This document shows, in pieces, positions 41,447 to 52,113 of a stretch of 64,000 nucleotides of DNA; position 1 is the first letter of the stretch; every line of letters begins with the position of its first letter. The DNA comes from Clostridia bacterium. Lineage in GTDB: Bacteria; Bacillota; Clostridia; UBA1212; DUPL01. The DNA lies in the NCBI GenBank assembly GCA_050951325.1, contig JBMNIW010000006.1:32001-96000 (forward strand). The letters run 5' to 3'. The translations under genes and the position numbers were made by a program. The notes beneath the pieces were generated by a model that did not search any database, was not told the origin of the DNA, and was given only the letters and a program-made list of their open reading frames with translations.

Positions 41447-42760
41447 ATGGTTAAGGTAACATTTATGGGAGCAGGCAGTACGGTATTTGCAAAGAATGTT
41501 CTCGGAGATTGCATGTCCTCACCGCTGCTCAAAGGAATGGAAATTGCCCTCTACGACATTGACGGTCAAAGACTCAAGGATTCCGAAATGATGCTTCAAG
41601 CAATCAACAGAAATTTTGGGAACCATGCCAGCATAAAGTCGTACCTGGGTGTCGAGAACCGCAAAGAAGCCCTAAGAGGTGCAGACTTTGTAGTAAATGC
41701 TATCCAGGTCGGAGGATACGACCCTTGCACTATAACCGACTTCGAGATACCGAAGAAGTATGGTTTGAAGCAGACCATTGCAGACACTCTGGGTATTGGC
41801 GGTATATTTAGATCATTGCGTACAATACCCGTTGTACTTGACTTTGCAAGGGAAATGGAAGAAGTATGCCCCAAAGCCCTTTTCATCAACTACACAAACC
41901 CAATGGCCATGGTAACAGGAGCAATTCAAAGGGCAACATCCATAAAGGCACTGGGCCTTTGCCACAGTGTTCAGGTTTGTGCCATGACTCTAATGAACGG
42001 TGTAGGCATGGGCGACCAGTACGACGAAACCGTACAATGGAAGATTGCGGGTATAAACCATCAGGCATGGCTTCTTGAAATTACCAAGAACGGTAAAGAC
42101 CTGTATCCTGAAATCAAGGAAAGGTCACTCAAAAACGGGCCGCCTGAGTGGGACAGAGTAAGACATGAGATAATGCACAGATTCGGTTATTACATAACTG
42201 AATCCAGCGAGCACTTATCTGAATATCTACCGTATTTTATAAAAAACCAATATCCTGAACTCATAGAAAGGTACAACATACCAATAGATGAGTACATGAG
42301 AAGATGCGAAAACCAGATTAAGGGCTGGGAGAGCTTGAGAGAAACTTTGGTATCAAAAGATACGCTTGAACATAATCGTTCCGGCGAATACGCTTCATAC
42401 ATAATTGAAGCCATTATTTCAAACAAACCATACAAGTTTGGTGGTAATGTTTTGAATACCGGACTAATAACCAACCTTCCAAAAGAAGCATGCGTTGAAG
42501 TTCCCTGCATAGTTGACGCATCAGGTATACAACCCATATACATAGGAGATCTTCCACCGCAGCTGGCAGCTCTCAACAGGACAAACATAAATGTCCAACT
42601 CCTTACAATAGAAGCTGCACTTACCCTCAAGAAAGAACATATTTATCATGCAGCCATGCTTGATCCACATACATCGAGCGAACTCACAATAGATAATATT
42701 GTAGCAATGTGTGATGATTTAATTGAAGCTCACAAGGGTTGGCTTCCAGAATACAGATAG
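41447..42760 (+). CDS. melA: GH4 NAD+-dependent alpha-galactosidase/alpha-glucosidase
   Basis: GAGSTVF, QTIADTLGIGG, NYTNPM, GLCHSVQ, GINH and TESSEH motifs. Confidence 0.92.
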   Translation: MVKVTFMGAGSTVFAKNVLGDCMSSPLLKGMEIALYDIDGQRLKDSEMMLQAINRNFGNHASIKSYLGVENRKEALRGADFVVNAIQVGGYDPCTITDFEIPKKYGLKQTIADTLGIGGIFRSLRTIPVVLDFAREMEEVCPKALFINYTNPMAMVTGAIQRATSIKALGLCHSVQVCAMTLMNGVGMGDQYDETVQWKIAGINHQAWLLEITKNGKDLYPEIKERSLKNGPPEWDRVRHEIMHRFGYYITESSEHLSEYLPYFIKNQYPELIERYNIPIDEYMRRCENQIKGWESLRETLVSKDTLEHNRSGEYASYIIEAIISNKPYKFGGNVLNTGLITNLPKEACVEVPCIVDASGIQPIYIGDLPPQLAALNRTNINVQLLTIEAALTLKKEHIYHAAMLDPHTSSELTIDNIVAMCDDLIEAHKGWLPEYR

Positions 42761-42761
42761 C

Positions 42762-42790
42762 AAAAAAGGCATCCACGAGATGCCTTTTTT
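42762..42790. terminator. Bidirectional terminator
   Basis: aaaaaaggcatc-cacga-gatgcctttttt. Confidence 0.88.
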
Positions 42791-42791
42791 C

Positions 42792-44198
42792 TTACCACAA
42801 ATCTATTTTTTCAAACACCCACGCCGAAAGCTCATTCAGTGAAGGATGTATTACCATGGACTCGCTAACCACATCATATGTGCCGTCATTTGAGTTCATG
42901 ACATATACAAAGGGCTGAACCAGCATGGATGAATGAGGCCCTACAGCGTGTACTCCAAGAATTTTTCTGTCCTTGGAGACTATCACTTTTACAAAACCAT
43001 TGTCGTCAGATTTATCCGAATATCCTCTTGAGATGCCTCCCACTACTTCGGAATAGTAGTTGAATGCGGTAACATACTCAATACCCTTCTCTTTGACTTC
43101 CGCCTCAGTAAGTCCTACATGGGACACCTGGGGATAAGTAAAAATAGTCCATGGAACTGCGTTGTAGTTTGCTTTCCTTTTTTCCCTTCCAAACAAATTT
43201 GTTATTAAAACTTCAGCTTCATGATTAGCCTTATGCCTGAATTGATACTTGCCGTTAATATCACCTAGGGCATAAATATGCGGCACATTGGTCTCAAGAT
43301 AATCATTTGTCACTATCCAACCCTTTTCATCCACCTCAATACCGGCCTTTTCCACCTTTAATATATCGGAATTTGACCGAAGCCCCATCGCAATGAAAAG
43401 CTCCTCACTTTCAACAAGGCTTATCTCACCACTTTCCCTATCCTTGAAAGTCACACTCTTGCCTTTTTTCGTCTTCTCTACTGACATCAAGTCCATGTTA
43501 GCAAGAATTTTAATACCATGCTTTTCAAACTGTCTTTTTACAAAATCCCTTATCTCAGGTTCCTCATGTCTTAATAAACCTCTTCTTGCAATAATTGTGA
43601 CATCCACGCCAAATGCGGACAGAATATGGGCAAACTCGGCACTGATTATACCTCCACCCAGGATGGTAACACTTTTCCACAGCTTCTTTGGAAACTTTTC
43701 TCCAAAGAAAGTCTCATAGGTAACATAACCTGTCTCTTCCAATCCATCAATATCAGGAACAAACGACCTTGCACCTGCACTGACAACTATTCTATCACCA
43801 TGAATCTCCTCGGTATTGCCATTCTCGTATCTTACAAGCAAGGTATTTGGTCCTGTAAACTCTGCCAAACCTTTATAAACATCGATATCAGGGGTCTTGT
43901 CAAGATTATCCTCTATCCTGTAGGTGTAGTTAATCTGCTTCCACATTCTCTCTTGTATCTTTTCCCAATCTATGCGGGGTTTTGACAGTTTGACTCCAAC
44001 CCTGTCAGCTCTTTCCGATTCCCTTATTAAATCCGCAGGATAAACCAGCATCTTGGAAGGTATGCAACCCTTTGTAAGGCATGTCCCACCGAACTTATCC
44101 TTTTCAATCAATGCACATTTCACACCTATCTGCATTGCAACTTCTGCTACCATCAGTCCTGCCCCACTACCAATAACCACCAAATCGTACTTCTTCAA
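42792..44198 (-). CDS. Class I pyridine nucleotide-disulfide oxidoreductase (dihydrolipoamide dehydrogenase/mycothione reductase-like)
   Basis: GSGAG, GGTCLTKGCIPSK, ALGD and C-terminal IHPSLNE. Confidence 0.9.
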   Translation of the reverse strand: MKKYDLVVIGSGAGLMVAEVAMQIGVKCALIEKDKFGGTCLTKGCIPSKMLVYPADLIRESERADRVGVKLSKPRIDWEKIQERMWKQINYTYRIEDNLDKTPDIDVYKGLAEFTGPNTLLVRYENGNTEEIHGDRIVVSAGARSFVPDIDGLEETGYVTYETFFGEKFPKKLWKSVTILGGGIISAEFAHILSAFGVDVTIIARRGLLRHEEPEIRDFVKRQFEKHGIKILANMDLMSVEKTKKGKSVTFKDRESGEISLVESEELFIAMGLRSNSDILKVEKAGIEVDEKGWIVTNDYLETNVPHIYALGDINGKYQFRHKANHEAEVLITNLFGREKRKANYNAVPWTIFTYPQVSHVGLTEAEVKEKGIEYVTAFNYYSEVVGGISRGYSDKSDDNGFVKVIVSKDRKILGVHAVGPHSSMLVQPFVYVMNSNDGTYDVVSESMVIHPSLNELSAWVFEKIDLW

Positions 44199-44227
44199 TT
44201 ACATCCCCTCCCACATTACTAGAAATT

Positions 44228-45370
44228 TTATTCCACGCTCTTTTTAGCTATCTCAAGGTATGAAAACTCTTTCGCGCCTTTTTCCTTTGCAATTATCTTC
44301 ATATTCTCATAAAATTCCTTGTCTTTCAAAACCAAACTTATCTTCTCCCTTATTTCCTCCACGTTGTCTTCGTAGAGAAAAAGGCAGTTTCCTCCCATAT
44401 CCACATGCTCGTTGCCTTCCCAGTACTTTACTATCATAGGTATTCCAAGACCCAGTACCTGTTCCCAGAAAACCGAGTGTCTTCCCGGAAAAACAACCAA
44501 ATCCGCCGAAGAAAAGTATTTATATGAGTCGAATGCATTTATCCACCCAATATACTGGACATTACCATGTGCTCTTTTTAATACTTCTTCCTTTAAATCT
44601 TCCTCCACCGAGCCAAAAACAATAAGTTTTGCATTATCAAGAGTAGATACTGCATCCATCAAAAGAAGAGTCTGCTTCTTTGCATAATCTATCTTTCCAC
44701 CAGTCATTATTAAAAAATCATCTTCACCAATGCCATATTTGGTCCTTATCTCTTTTCGGGCATTGCTGTTTAAAGCTTCTTCCACCTTGTCTGTATCCGC
44801 ACCCATGAGTAAAAGACCAAGCTTGTCGTCCTTAAGCTTGTATACTTCTTTCAAAAATCTAACTCTTCCGGGTGTTACCCCATAAATCTTTTCAGCATGC
44901 TTGTATGCAAGCTTTGCATACCGCTTCCAAATAACTCCGTGAAGAATGTATCTGGACAGAAAGTTCGTGGCACTGTTTGAAAAGTCAGCATGGTTGTCCA
45001 CATACATCTTTACATAGTCATTCCTTTTCTTGTACTTGACAACCTCCGTCAAATCCAGAAATTGAACACCATGAACAAACAATACATCCGGGTTTATCCT
45101 TTCAATTGTTTCATACAAGCCATCATACCTTCTAAACTTGTCCTCGTAATCTCCCTTTTTAACTTTCAAACGATATAATTTCACACCATCGGAGTTTACA
45201 TACTCTTTCTTGTCTGATATTGCAATGGTTCCTTCCTGGGTGAAATAATAGGGCGAAGCTATCATGGAAACATCCATGCCCAGCTTCGCCTGATATTTCG
45301 TCAGCAGATTTTCCTGATAGCTGAAATTATCCGTTACCGGTCCGCACAAACAAACATGGCACACTTTCAT
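44228..45370 (-). CDS. Glycosyltransferase family 4
   Basis: YQEN, DNHAD, TGGKI and ADLVVFPG.HSVFWEQ...GIP. Confidence 0.85.
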   Translation of the reverse strand: MKVCHVCLCGPVTDNFSYQENLLTKYQAKLGMDVSMIASPYYFTQEGTIAISDKKEYVNSDGVKLYRLKVKKGDYEDKFRRYDGLYETIERINPDVLFVHGVQFLDLTEVVKYKKRNDYVKMYVDNHADFSNSATNFLSRYILHGVIWKRYAKLAYKHAEKIYGVTPGRVRFLKEVYKLKDDKLGLLLMGADTDKVEEALNSNARKEIRTKYGIGEDDFLIMTGGKIDYAKKQTLLLMDAVSTLDNAKLIVFGSVEEDLKEEVLKRAHGNVQYIGWINAFDSYKYFSSADLVVFPGRHSVFWEQVLGLGIPMIVKYWEGNEHVDMGGNCLFLYEDNVEEIREKISLVLKDKEFYENMKIIAKEKGAKEFSYLEIAKKSVE

Positions 45371-45888
45371 TTGGTTTTACCTGTCTTTTCATATATAGTA
45401 AATTTGAAAGAAAAATCTCCTCCCGTATCTGTCTCGGGATTTGTTCTAAACTCTTCACTTTCATAAACGCATATCCAATCATCAGATTCGTCCAGATTTG
45501 GAATATACGTGTCCTTGTCAAACGACTTGTCAAATTTGGTAACATATGCTTTCGTACAATAAGGAAGGAGCTGGTTGTACACACTTGCCCCGCCTATGAC
45601 AAAGATATCCTCTTTGTTGTAGGATTCAAGCTTCTTAAACAAGTCATCAAGAGAGTTTGCAACAATTGCACCCTCGACCTTGAAATCAGGGCTTGGATTT
45701 AAAATTATGTTAATCCTGTTTTTCAATACCTTGCCGCCTGGAAAGGTCGCCAAGGTATTAGTGCCATACACAACAATCTTGCCAGAAGTAACCTTTGCAA
45801 AGTTTCTGAGGTCTTCCCTAACCCTGGCAAGCAAATCTCCCTTGTATCCTATACCCCAGTCCGTGTCTACTGCCACAATCAGATTCAT
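45367..45888 (-). CDS. folA: Dihydrofolate reductase
   Basis: LIVAVD..WGIG, DL..F...T, LKNRINIIL, VIGGASVY and DTYIP. Confidence 0.93.
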   Translation of the reverse strand: MNLIVAVDTDWGIGYKGDLLARVREDLRNFAKVTSGKIVVYGTNTLATFPGGKVLKNRINIILNPSPDFKVEGAIVANSLDDLFKKLESYNKEDIFVIGGASVYNQLLPYCTKAYVTKFDKSFDKDTYIPNLDESDDWICVYESEEFRTNPETDTGGDFSFKFTIYEKTGKTK

Positions 45889-45903
45889 AAAACTGTCCTT
45901 TCA

Positions 45904-46734
45904 TTAAATAGCAACAGGAAACCTGCCTATCTTCTCACCATGCATGTAGTTCAATACCGTAAAGCTCTCCGGCGTGAATTTATAGAAATCGTCTATGGAT
46001 TCATCCAGTAAAACCGTCGGTGATTCATACTCCTCTCTTGCAAGAAGATCCTCTATTATCGGTATATGGCGATCATAAATGTGAGCATCAGCAATTACAT
46101 GTACCAGTTCTCCCGGCTTTAGGTTGGAAACCTGTGCAAGCATAAGAACCAGTGCTGCATACTGGGCTACATTCCATGCATTGGCCGCCAGCATATCCTG
46201 GGAGCGCTGGTTAAGTATGGCACAAAGTCTTCCATCCACCACATTAAAAGTCATGGAGTAAGCACAAGGGTAAAGTGCCATTTCATTAAGGTCCGCAAAA
46301 TTGTACATATTAGTCATGATTCTGCGGCTGTGGGGATTGTTCTTAAGGTCATAAAGAATCCTGTCCACCATGTCGAACTCCCCTTCTTTGTACTTGTGCT
46401 TTATTCCCATCTGATATCCGTAGGCTTTACCAATGGAGCCGTTTTCATCCGCCCACTGGTCCCAGATTCTGCTGTTCAAATCCTTTATGTTGTTGGATTT
46501 CTTCTGCCAAATCCAAAGTATTTCATCTACAGCTTTGTGGAAGCTAATAGGGCGGATAGTAATTAGCGGGAATTCCTTTGACAAATCGTATCTATTTACA
46601 ACTCCAAACTTCTTTATCGTATATGCAGGAGTACCGTCTTCCCATCTGGCTCTAATATTCTCATCCTTTACCCATACTCCATTATCTAGTATATCCCTGC
46701 ATGTTTCCTTGAATGTCCTGTCCAGTATTCCCAT
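45904..46734 (-). CDS. thyA: Thymidylate synthase
   Basis: IWDQW, SRRI, ALYPC, QRSQD and DAHIY motifs. Confidence 0.96.
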   Translation of the reverse strand: MGILDRTFKETCRDILDNGVWVKDENIRARWEDGTPAYTIKKFGVVNRYDLSKEFPLITIRPISFHKAVDEILWIWQKKSNNIKDLNSRIWDQWADENGSIGKAYGYQMGIKHKYKEGEFDMVDRILYDLKNNPHSRRIMTNMYNFADLNEMALYPCAYSMTFNVVDGRLCAILNQRSQDMLAANAWNVAQYAALVLMLAQVSNLKPGELVHVIADAHIYDRHIPIIEDLLAREEYESPTVLLDESIDDFYKFTPESFTVLNYMHGEKIGRFPVAI

Positions 46735-46743
46735 TTCAACCCC

Positions 46744-48687
46744 CTATATTCTCTTCTCATCTATTTCTTCTTTAATCATTCTGCAGAATTCATCAACTGC
46801 AATACTGCCCATTTCTCCTTGCTTTCTGGATCTTACACTAACTTTTCCTTCCTCCAGCTCTCTATCCCCAGCTACCAGCATGTATGGAATCTTCTCCACC
46901 TGTGCTTCCCTTATCCTGTAGCCAATCTTTTCATTCCTGTCATCAAGCTCGGCTCTTACACCTAGCGCCTTAAGCTTCCTTACAACCTCTGCACAGTAGT
47001 CCGCCTGCTTTTCAACAATTGGCATGACTCTTACCTGCACCGGAGCAAGCCATGTCGGGAAAGCACCTGCATACTTCTCTATCAAGAGAGCAAGGGTTCT
47101 TTCATAGCATCCAATTGAAGTACGGTGAATGATATATGGGTGTTTCTTTGTTCCATCCCTGTCCACATAGACCATTCCGAATCTCTCTGCCAGCTGGAAG
47201 TCGATCTGGATTGTAATAAGGGTATCTTCCTTGCCGTGGACGTTCCTAATCTGAATGTCAAGCTTCGGACCATAGAACGCAGCTTCACCCACGCCTTCAG
47301 TATACTCCAAGCCCGAATTGTCAAGGATGGTCTTCATTGCACTTTGAACATTCTCCCACTCCTCAGGACTTCCAATATATTTCTCCTTGTTCTCAGGATC
47401 CCATTTTGAGAACCTGAAGAACACATCCTCATGCAGTCCAAGTGTCTTCAACATGAAGGTTGCAAGATCCAGACAGTCTCTGAACTCCTCTTCAAGCTGC
47501 GAAGGAGTAACTATCAAATGTCCCTCCGAAATGGTAAACTGTCTTACTCTGATAAGTCCATGCATTTCACCGGAAGACTCGTTTCTAAACAAAGTCGAAG
47601 TCTCAGCATACCTTATTGGAAGGTCCCTGTAACTTCTAGTCTTTGTTAGGTAAGCCTGAAACTGGAATGGACAAGTCATTGGCCTTAGTGCAAGTACTTC
47701 CTCTTCGTCAGCCTTTTCAGGGTCGCCAATAATGAACATGCCATCACGGTAGTGGTACCAATGCTGTGATATCTTGTATAAATCAGACTTTGCCATAAAT
47801 GGTGTTTTTGTAATCTGGTAACCACGCTTTTCTTCTTCGTCTTCCACAAAACGCTGCAGAATCTGCAGTATTTTAGCTCCCTTTGGCAGCATAATAGGTA
47901 GTCCTTGACCAATATAATCTACGGTGGTAAACAGCTCCAACTCACGTCCCAATCTGTTGTGGTCTCTTTTTCTCGCCTCTTCAAGCTTCTCAAGATACTC
48001 CTTCAAAAGTTTCTTGTCAGGAAAGCTTGTTCCGTAGATTCTCTTAAGCATCTTGTTCTTTTCATCACCTCTCCAGTAAGCTCCTGCTGTCTGGATAAGC
48101 TTGAAAGCCTTCACTCTTCCTGTATTATCAAGATGCGGCCCGGAACACAAATCCACAAACTCTCCCTGTCTGTAAAAGGATATTTCCGCATCCTCAGGCA
48201 AATCATTGATAAGCTCCACTTTGTATGTTTCCCCTAGCTCGTTCATATACTCTATAGCCTTGTCCCTAGGCAGAACGAACCTTTCAATAGGGAGCTTCTC
48301 GGAAACAATCTTCTTCATTTCTTCTTCTATTTTAACAAGATCTTCACTCGTAAATGTTCCATCTATATCAAAGTCGTAATAAAATCCATTCTCCGTAGCA
48401 GGACCTATTGCCAAGCGTACATCTTTATACAGTCTCATAACTGCCTGGGCCAATATGTGGGACGTTGTGTGTCTGTATGCCTTTTTCCCTTCCTCACTGT
48501 CGAACGTCAAAATGTTTAATGTGCAGTCCTTATCCAGAGTTGTGCCAAGCTCAGTAACAACTCCATCAACTTCTGCAAGCACTGCATTTCTTGCAAGTCC
48601 ATGACTAATCATTTTAGCAACTTCAATAACACTAGTTCCTTTTTCTACTTGTATTTTGGATCCATCTTTCAAAGTTACGTCTATCAT
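46744..48687 (-). CDS. thrS: Threonine-tRNA ligase
   Basis: TGS domain, HTTSH, DLCSGPH, GAYWRGD, RPMTCP, GLIRVRQF and AFYGPKLD. Confidence 0.98.
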   Translation of the reverse strand: MIDVTLKDGSKIQVEKGTSVIEVAKMISHGLARNAVLAEVDGVVTELGTTLDKDCTLNILTFDSEEGKKAYRHTTSHILAQAVMRLYKDVRLAIGPATENGFYYDFDIDGTFTSEDLVKIEEEMKKIVSEKLPIERFVLPRDKAIEYMNELGETYKVELINDLPEDAEISFYRQGEFVDLCSGPHLDNTGRVKAFKLIQTAGAYWRGDEKNKMLKRIYGTSFPDKKLLKEYLEKLEEARKRDHNRLGRELELFTTVDYIGQGLPIMLPKGAKILQILQRFVEDEEEKRGYQITKTPFMAKSDLYKISQHWYHYRDGMFIIGDPEKADEEEVLALRPMTCPFQFQAYLTKTRSYRDLPIRYAETSTLFRNESSGEMHGLIRVRQFTISEGHLIVTPSQLEEEFRDCLDLATFMLKTLGLHEDVFFRFSKWDPENKEKYIGSPEEWENVQSAMKTILDNSGLEYTEGVGEAAFYGPKLDIQIRNVHGKEDTLITIQIDFQLAERFGMVYVDRDGTKKHPYIIHRTSIGCYERTLALLIEKYAGAFPTWLAPVQVRVMPIVEKQADYCAEVVRKLKALGVRAELDDRNEKIGYRIREAQVEKIPYMLVAGDRELEEGKVSVRSRKQGEMGSIAVDEFCRMIKEEIDEKRI

Positions 48688-49189
48688 ATTGAAACCTCTT
48701 TAAAATATACTGGGTGGCTACAATCCACCTGTCTCTTTATTGTACGCTCAATTCAGCAAAAAATCAAGAATTTGACTTCTAGTCTTAAAGTTATGGTGAT
48801 TATCTCATTACTCTGTTCTTCTCCCTTGAGCGTCTTCCGTCATTACATATTTCTGTTTTCCTGTTTTCCAAATGTTTCTTTACCTCTAAATCAAATTGTA
48901 TACCACATACTGGAATATTTCAATGCATTTACTTGTTTATTTTTATCCATAAATACAAGTTTAACGGTAATTAAAAAAAACATATACTGTATTCAAAGTA
49001 TAGCCATCGAACGAGTTTTGTTGTTGGCTTTTGTAGCGGCAATTGCCCTTGCGTCGTTTTCCGCAAAAAGTGCGGCACTAAGCCCCAAAGAAATGGCAAA
49101 GTTGCAGAAAAAGATTGAATATTTCAAAGATTAAAGTAAAGATAAGTATGCAAAATTGGAGTTAGAGAAGGAACCTGAAGTAAATTAGA

Positions 49190-49220
49190 AAGAGCTGTTG
49201 CCAATTGCAACAGCCCCTTT
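49190..49220 (-). terminator. Intrinsic terminator
   Basis: gctgttgc-caatt-gcaacagc immediately after the MBL lipoprotein stop. Confidence 0.7.
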
Positions 49221-49221
49221 A

Positions 49222-50238
49222 TTAATAACTGTAATCCACATTATTCTTTGGTTCCATATCAAAATCAAACGGGAACTCAATATATTCCGTACCATATAGT
49301 CCTGAGATATAATGGTGTTTGACTTGCAAATCCTCAAACATCCATTTCTTTGTCTCATCTGTTCTGAACTGTTTGTTGGTGTTCGCCCAAACCCATTCAG
49401 GTATAGGCCACAAACATACCTTTGGATTAATCTTCACATAATGTGCTTTCTGAAGACCAGCCTGACCATGGTGGGACATCTGCACCATGTCACTTTGTAT
49501 GGTATCTTTATACTCCCTTATTAGCTTTGAGCCAGCTTCCGCACCCGCATCACCTGTGAACAGAACTGTCTGGCCCTCAACTTCCATGCGGAAGATAAGG
49601 GATGAGTTGTTTATGGGATTGGCTGTAATTTTCTCATCAGGCACCTGAAGAATTTCAAACTTAACATTGTCTACTTCAATGATGTCGCCAACCTGGACAC
49701 CCTCATATTCCTGATATGCATTTTCACCGAACAGAGTGTTATATGCAGCTCTGAATCTGTCCATGTATGGTTCACCATTGGGTTCATACTTGGCTATGAA
49801 CTCATCAGACGGGAAATTGAAGTACACATTGTTTACAGTAAACTTATCATTCTTTTGTTCCACCATCTTTACAAACTCATAGTAATGATCGTAATGGGCA
49901 TGGGAGATGAACCAGGCATCGATAACCGGATGTTCCTCTCCACTAATCTCCTGCAACTCTTCCAAAAGATAAGCAGGAGCATTCAATCCATGACCATCAA
50001 TTCCTCCGTCAATAACAATGAGCTTGTTGTTTTTTGTCTTAATGACGTAACACATCATAAGGCTAAGTTTTTCAGGAACCACCTGATAAAGAATGGTCTT
50101 GCCTTCAACCTCGCTGGTTGATTCCGGTGTTGCTGTAGCCTCAGGATCACTGTCATTCTTTTTGTTATTCACATCGCAAGATGCTAATGTAAATATGAAT
50201 ACTAAACTAAGAACCAAAGATAAAACTCTTTTCAACAT
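49222..50238 (-). CDS. MBL-fold metallo-hydrolase lipoprotein (ComEC/Rec2-like domain)
   Basis: Lipobox LASC; IDGG, SHAHYDH, NNSS, TGDA and SHHG. Confidence 0.88.
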   Translation of the reverse strand: MLKRVLSLVLSLVFIFTLASCDVNNKKNDSDPEATATPESTSEVEGKTILYQVVPEKLSLMMCYVIKTKNNKLIVIDGGIDGHGLNAPAYLLEELQEISGEEHPVIDAWFISHAHYDHYYEFVKMVEQKNDKFTVNNVYFNFPSDEFIAKYEPNGEPYMDRFRAAYNTLFGENAYQEYEGVQVGDIIEVDNVKFEILQVPDEKITANPINNSSLIFRMEVEGQTVLFTGDAGAEAGSKLIREYKDTIQSDMVQMSHHGQAGLQKAHYVKINPKVCLWPIPEWVWANTNKQFRTDETKKWMFEDLQVKHHYISGLYGTEYIEFPFDFDMEPKNNVDYSY

Positions 50239-50265
50239 TTTTCTACCTCACCTAACTAATTCGAT

Positions 50266-52113
50266 TCATTTATACCATGTCATGGCTTCTTCCATGTATT
50301 TTATGAAATACCCATTACTTCCGCTGCGCTCTTTTGCAAAGGATGCAAGAGAATCATCACCATACACAGCATTCTTCCAAATATCAAAATTCGTATGGGC
50401 AGTCCATTCCCATTTTCCTCTGTTAAACATATGAAATCTCATTTCAGGAGCTACTGCCTTGTAAATATCATCAAGCTCTTCAATCATAACATTAGGCGGC
50501 AAAAGCTCTGTTGCAAGTTTTATGCAGTAGTCTCTAAACTGCTCCCTGAAATCATCTTCCCTCAAACAGAAATCAAATATCCTTTGTGTAATCAAAGAGT
50601 CCGGATACTTATCCCATTCCACGTAAGGGAAGCCAGAGTGATCTTGGATTTTAATAAAGTTTGCCAGAGTAAACCTGAAGTTCTTGGAATCTGCCCTTGT
50701 GTAAAGCTCAACAGGCGCACTAGGTTCGTATGAAGCCAGAATGTATCTTCCCAAGCCAAGGTCCTGATCCTTGAACATGAACCTCCATCTTCCATCCCTG
50801 ACAGTTCCTTCTTCCTTGTTTGGTCCTGCATACCTCCACACCTTTACATTATTATGAGGCCAGTCGGTATTGCAAATAAACAGGTTGAAGGCATAAAACT
50901 CGATTATGTTCTGTATGTCGAACTGTTCAGTCAACTCCCTGTACGTAATCCATCGGTTACTAATATCAAACCCAATGTTGGTAAAATCTCTAACCTGATC
51001 CCCAGGGCCGCTGTCCTGCACGTAGTAGAACCACAATCCATCATACCTTCCTCCCCTGGTAACATCCAGCTCGGAAGAGATTATTGCAATATTCTCCACA
51101 TCTTCAATATCATAAATATTCTTGATATAATCCTCGTCCTGTCTCTCCCTTATGTTCAGAATACCATAATATCCCCCATTCAGGTAGACAACACAAGGCC
51201 TGTAAGACATGGTGTCCACATTTGGAGTAGCAACCTGAGACATCCTGGCTGCCCAGCCATCCCTAAGATGTGTAGCCCTGTCTCCCTCCACACCTGAAAT
51301 CAGCGAATCATTTCCACCATTACGCAGTATAAAGCTGTTGTAAACAGTAAGAACTTCTCCATTTGCCTTCTTCCTGCCGGGGAATATTTCATAGCTGAAC
51401 TCCCTGGCACCATCATATTTGTCAGTGTTGAAATATCCGGTTTCTCTAGCAGATATTCTCAAGGATTTCTGAGGCAGACCCCTTGAGCTTCCACCAAACA
51501 GTCTAATGCCCGCATCCTGGGAAAATCCCAAGGTTCCGTCATTTTCAAAGAACTGAATATGAACCGGTCTTTCCCATTCCCTGCCTTTGTTCTGCCAGTT
51601 AACAAATATTCCATTCCTGTTGTTATGAAGATGTTTATCTTCAGTTACCAGTGAAATTACCGGCATGGTGTATCTTGATTCCTTGTCAGACGTTTTTATG
51701 TATGTAGCGGTGGATATCTTGCCCACCATCTCGCCCTTAATGTTAAAGACAGCCGCTCTGACAACAGTCACAAAGTCACCATTCGATTCGGTGTAAAGTT
51801 TTCCTGGAATTCTGACACCTTTTGTCGAGTCGTACAGAATCCCCCTCTCCATCGTAGGCTCGCTGCCGTCCATTGTGTAGTATATGCTATGGCCTTTGAC
51901 TGCATACATGTCGGGGAAATAGATCTTTAGTGTAAAGTCCCTTTCGTAAAATCCTCCCACATCTGAAAAAACAGGTCGCTGCAAATCAAAGGTCTCAGGA
52001 TAGTTGCCTGTACCATTGTTCTCTTTTGGTATCTCCTTTATATCCTTGCACGCTACCAAGAGTGCAATCAACAATACGATAACGGCAATAAGTACTATCT
52101 TTGTCCTTGACAA
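50266..52113 (-). CDS. CotH-kinase family lipoprotein with chitobiase/Fn3-associated domain
   Basis: Lipobox LVAC; IYYTMDGSEPT, WERPVH, GGSSR...QKS, LRNGGND, LNGGYYG and NTDWPHNN...DGRWRF..KDQD. Confidence 0.88.
   Translation of the reverse strand: MSRTKIVLIAVIVLLIALLVACKDIKEIPKENNGTGNYPETFDLQRPVFSDVGGFYERDFTLKIYFPDMYAVKGHSIYYTMDGSEPTMERGILYDSTKGVRIPGKLYTESNGDFVTVVRAAVFNIKGEMVGKISTATYIKTSDKESRYTMPVISLVTEDKHLHNNRNGIFVNWQNKGREWERPVHIQFFENDGTLGFSQDAGIRLFGGSSRGLPQKSLRISARETGYFNTDKYDGAREFSYEIFPGRKKANGEVLTVYNSFILRNGGNDSLISGVEGDRATHLRDGWAARMSQVATPNVDTMSYRPCVVYLNGGYYGILNIRERQDEDYIKNIYDIEDVENIAIISSELDVTRGGRYDGLWFYYVQDSGPGDQVRDFTNIGFDISNRWITYRELTEQFDIQNIIEFYAFNLFICNTDWPHNNVKVWRYAGPNKEEGTVRDGRWRFMFKDQDLGLGRYILASYEPSAPVELYTRADSKNFRFTLANFIKIQDHSGFPYVEWDKYPDSLITQRIFDFCLREDDFREQFRDYCIKLATELLPPNVMIEELDDIYKAVAPEMRFHMFNRGKWEWTAHTNFDIWKNAVYGDDSLASFAKERSGSNGYFIKYMEEAMTWYK

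Noticed and set aside
48803-48874. 23-aa minus-strand ORF as a thrS leader peptide
   Set aside because: It contains only one Thr codon and lies upstream of the apparent thrS promoter.
48601-49134. 177-aa plus-strand ORF
   Set aside because: Overlaps the thrS start and promoter in antisense, has no RBS and has non-protein-like composition except for its last ~40 codons.
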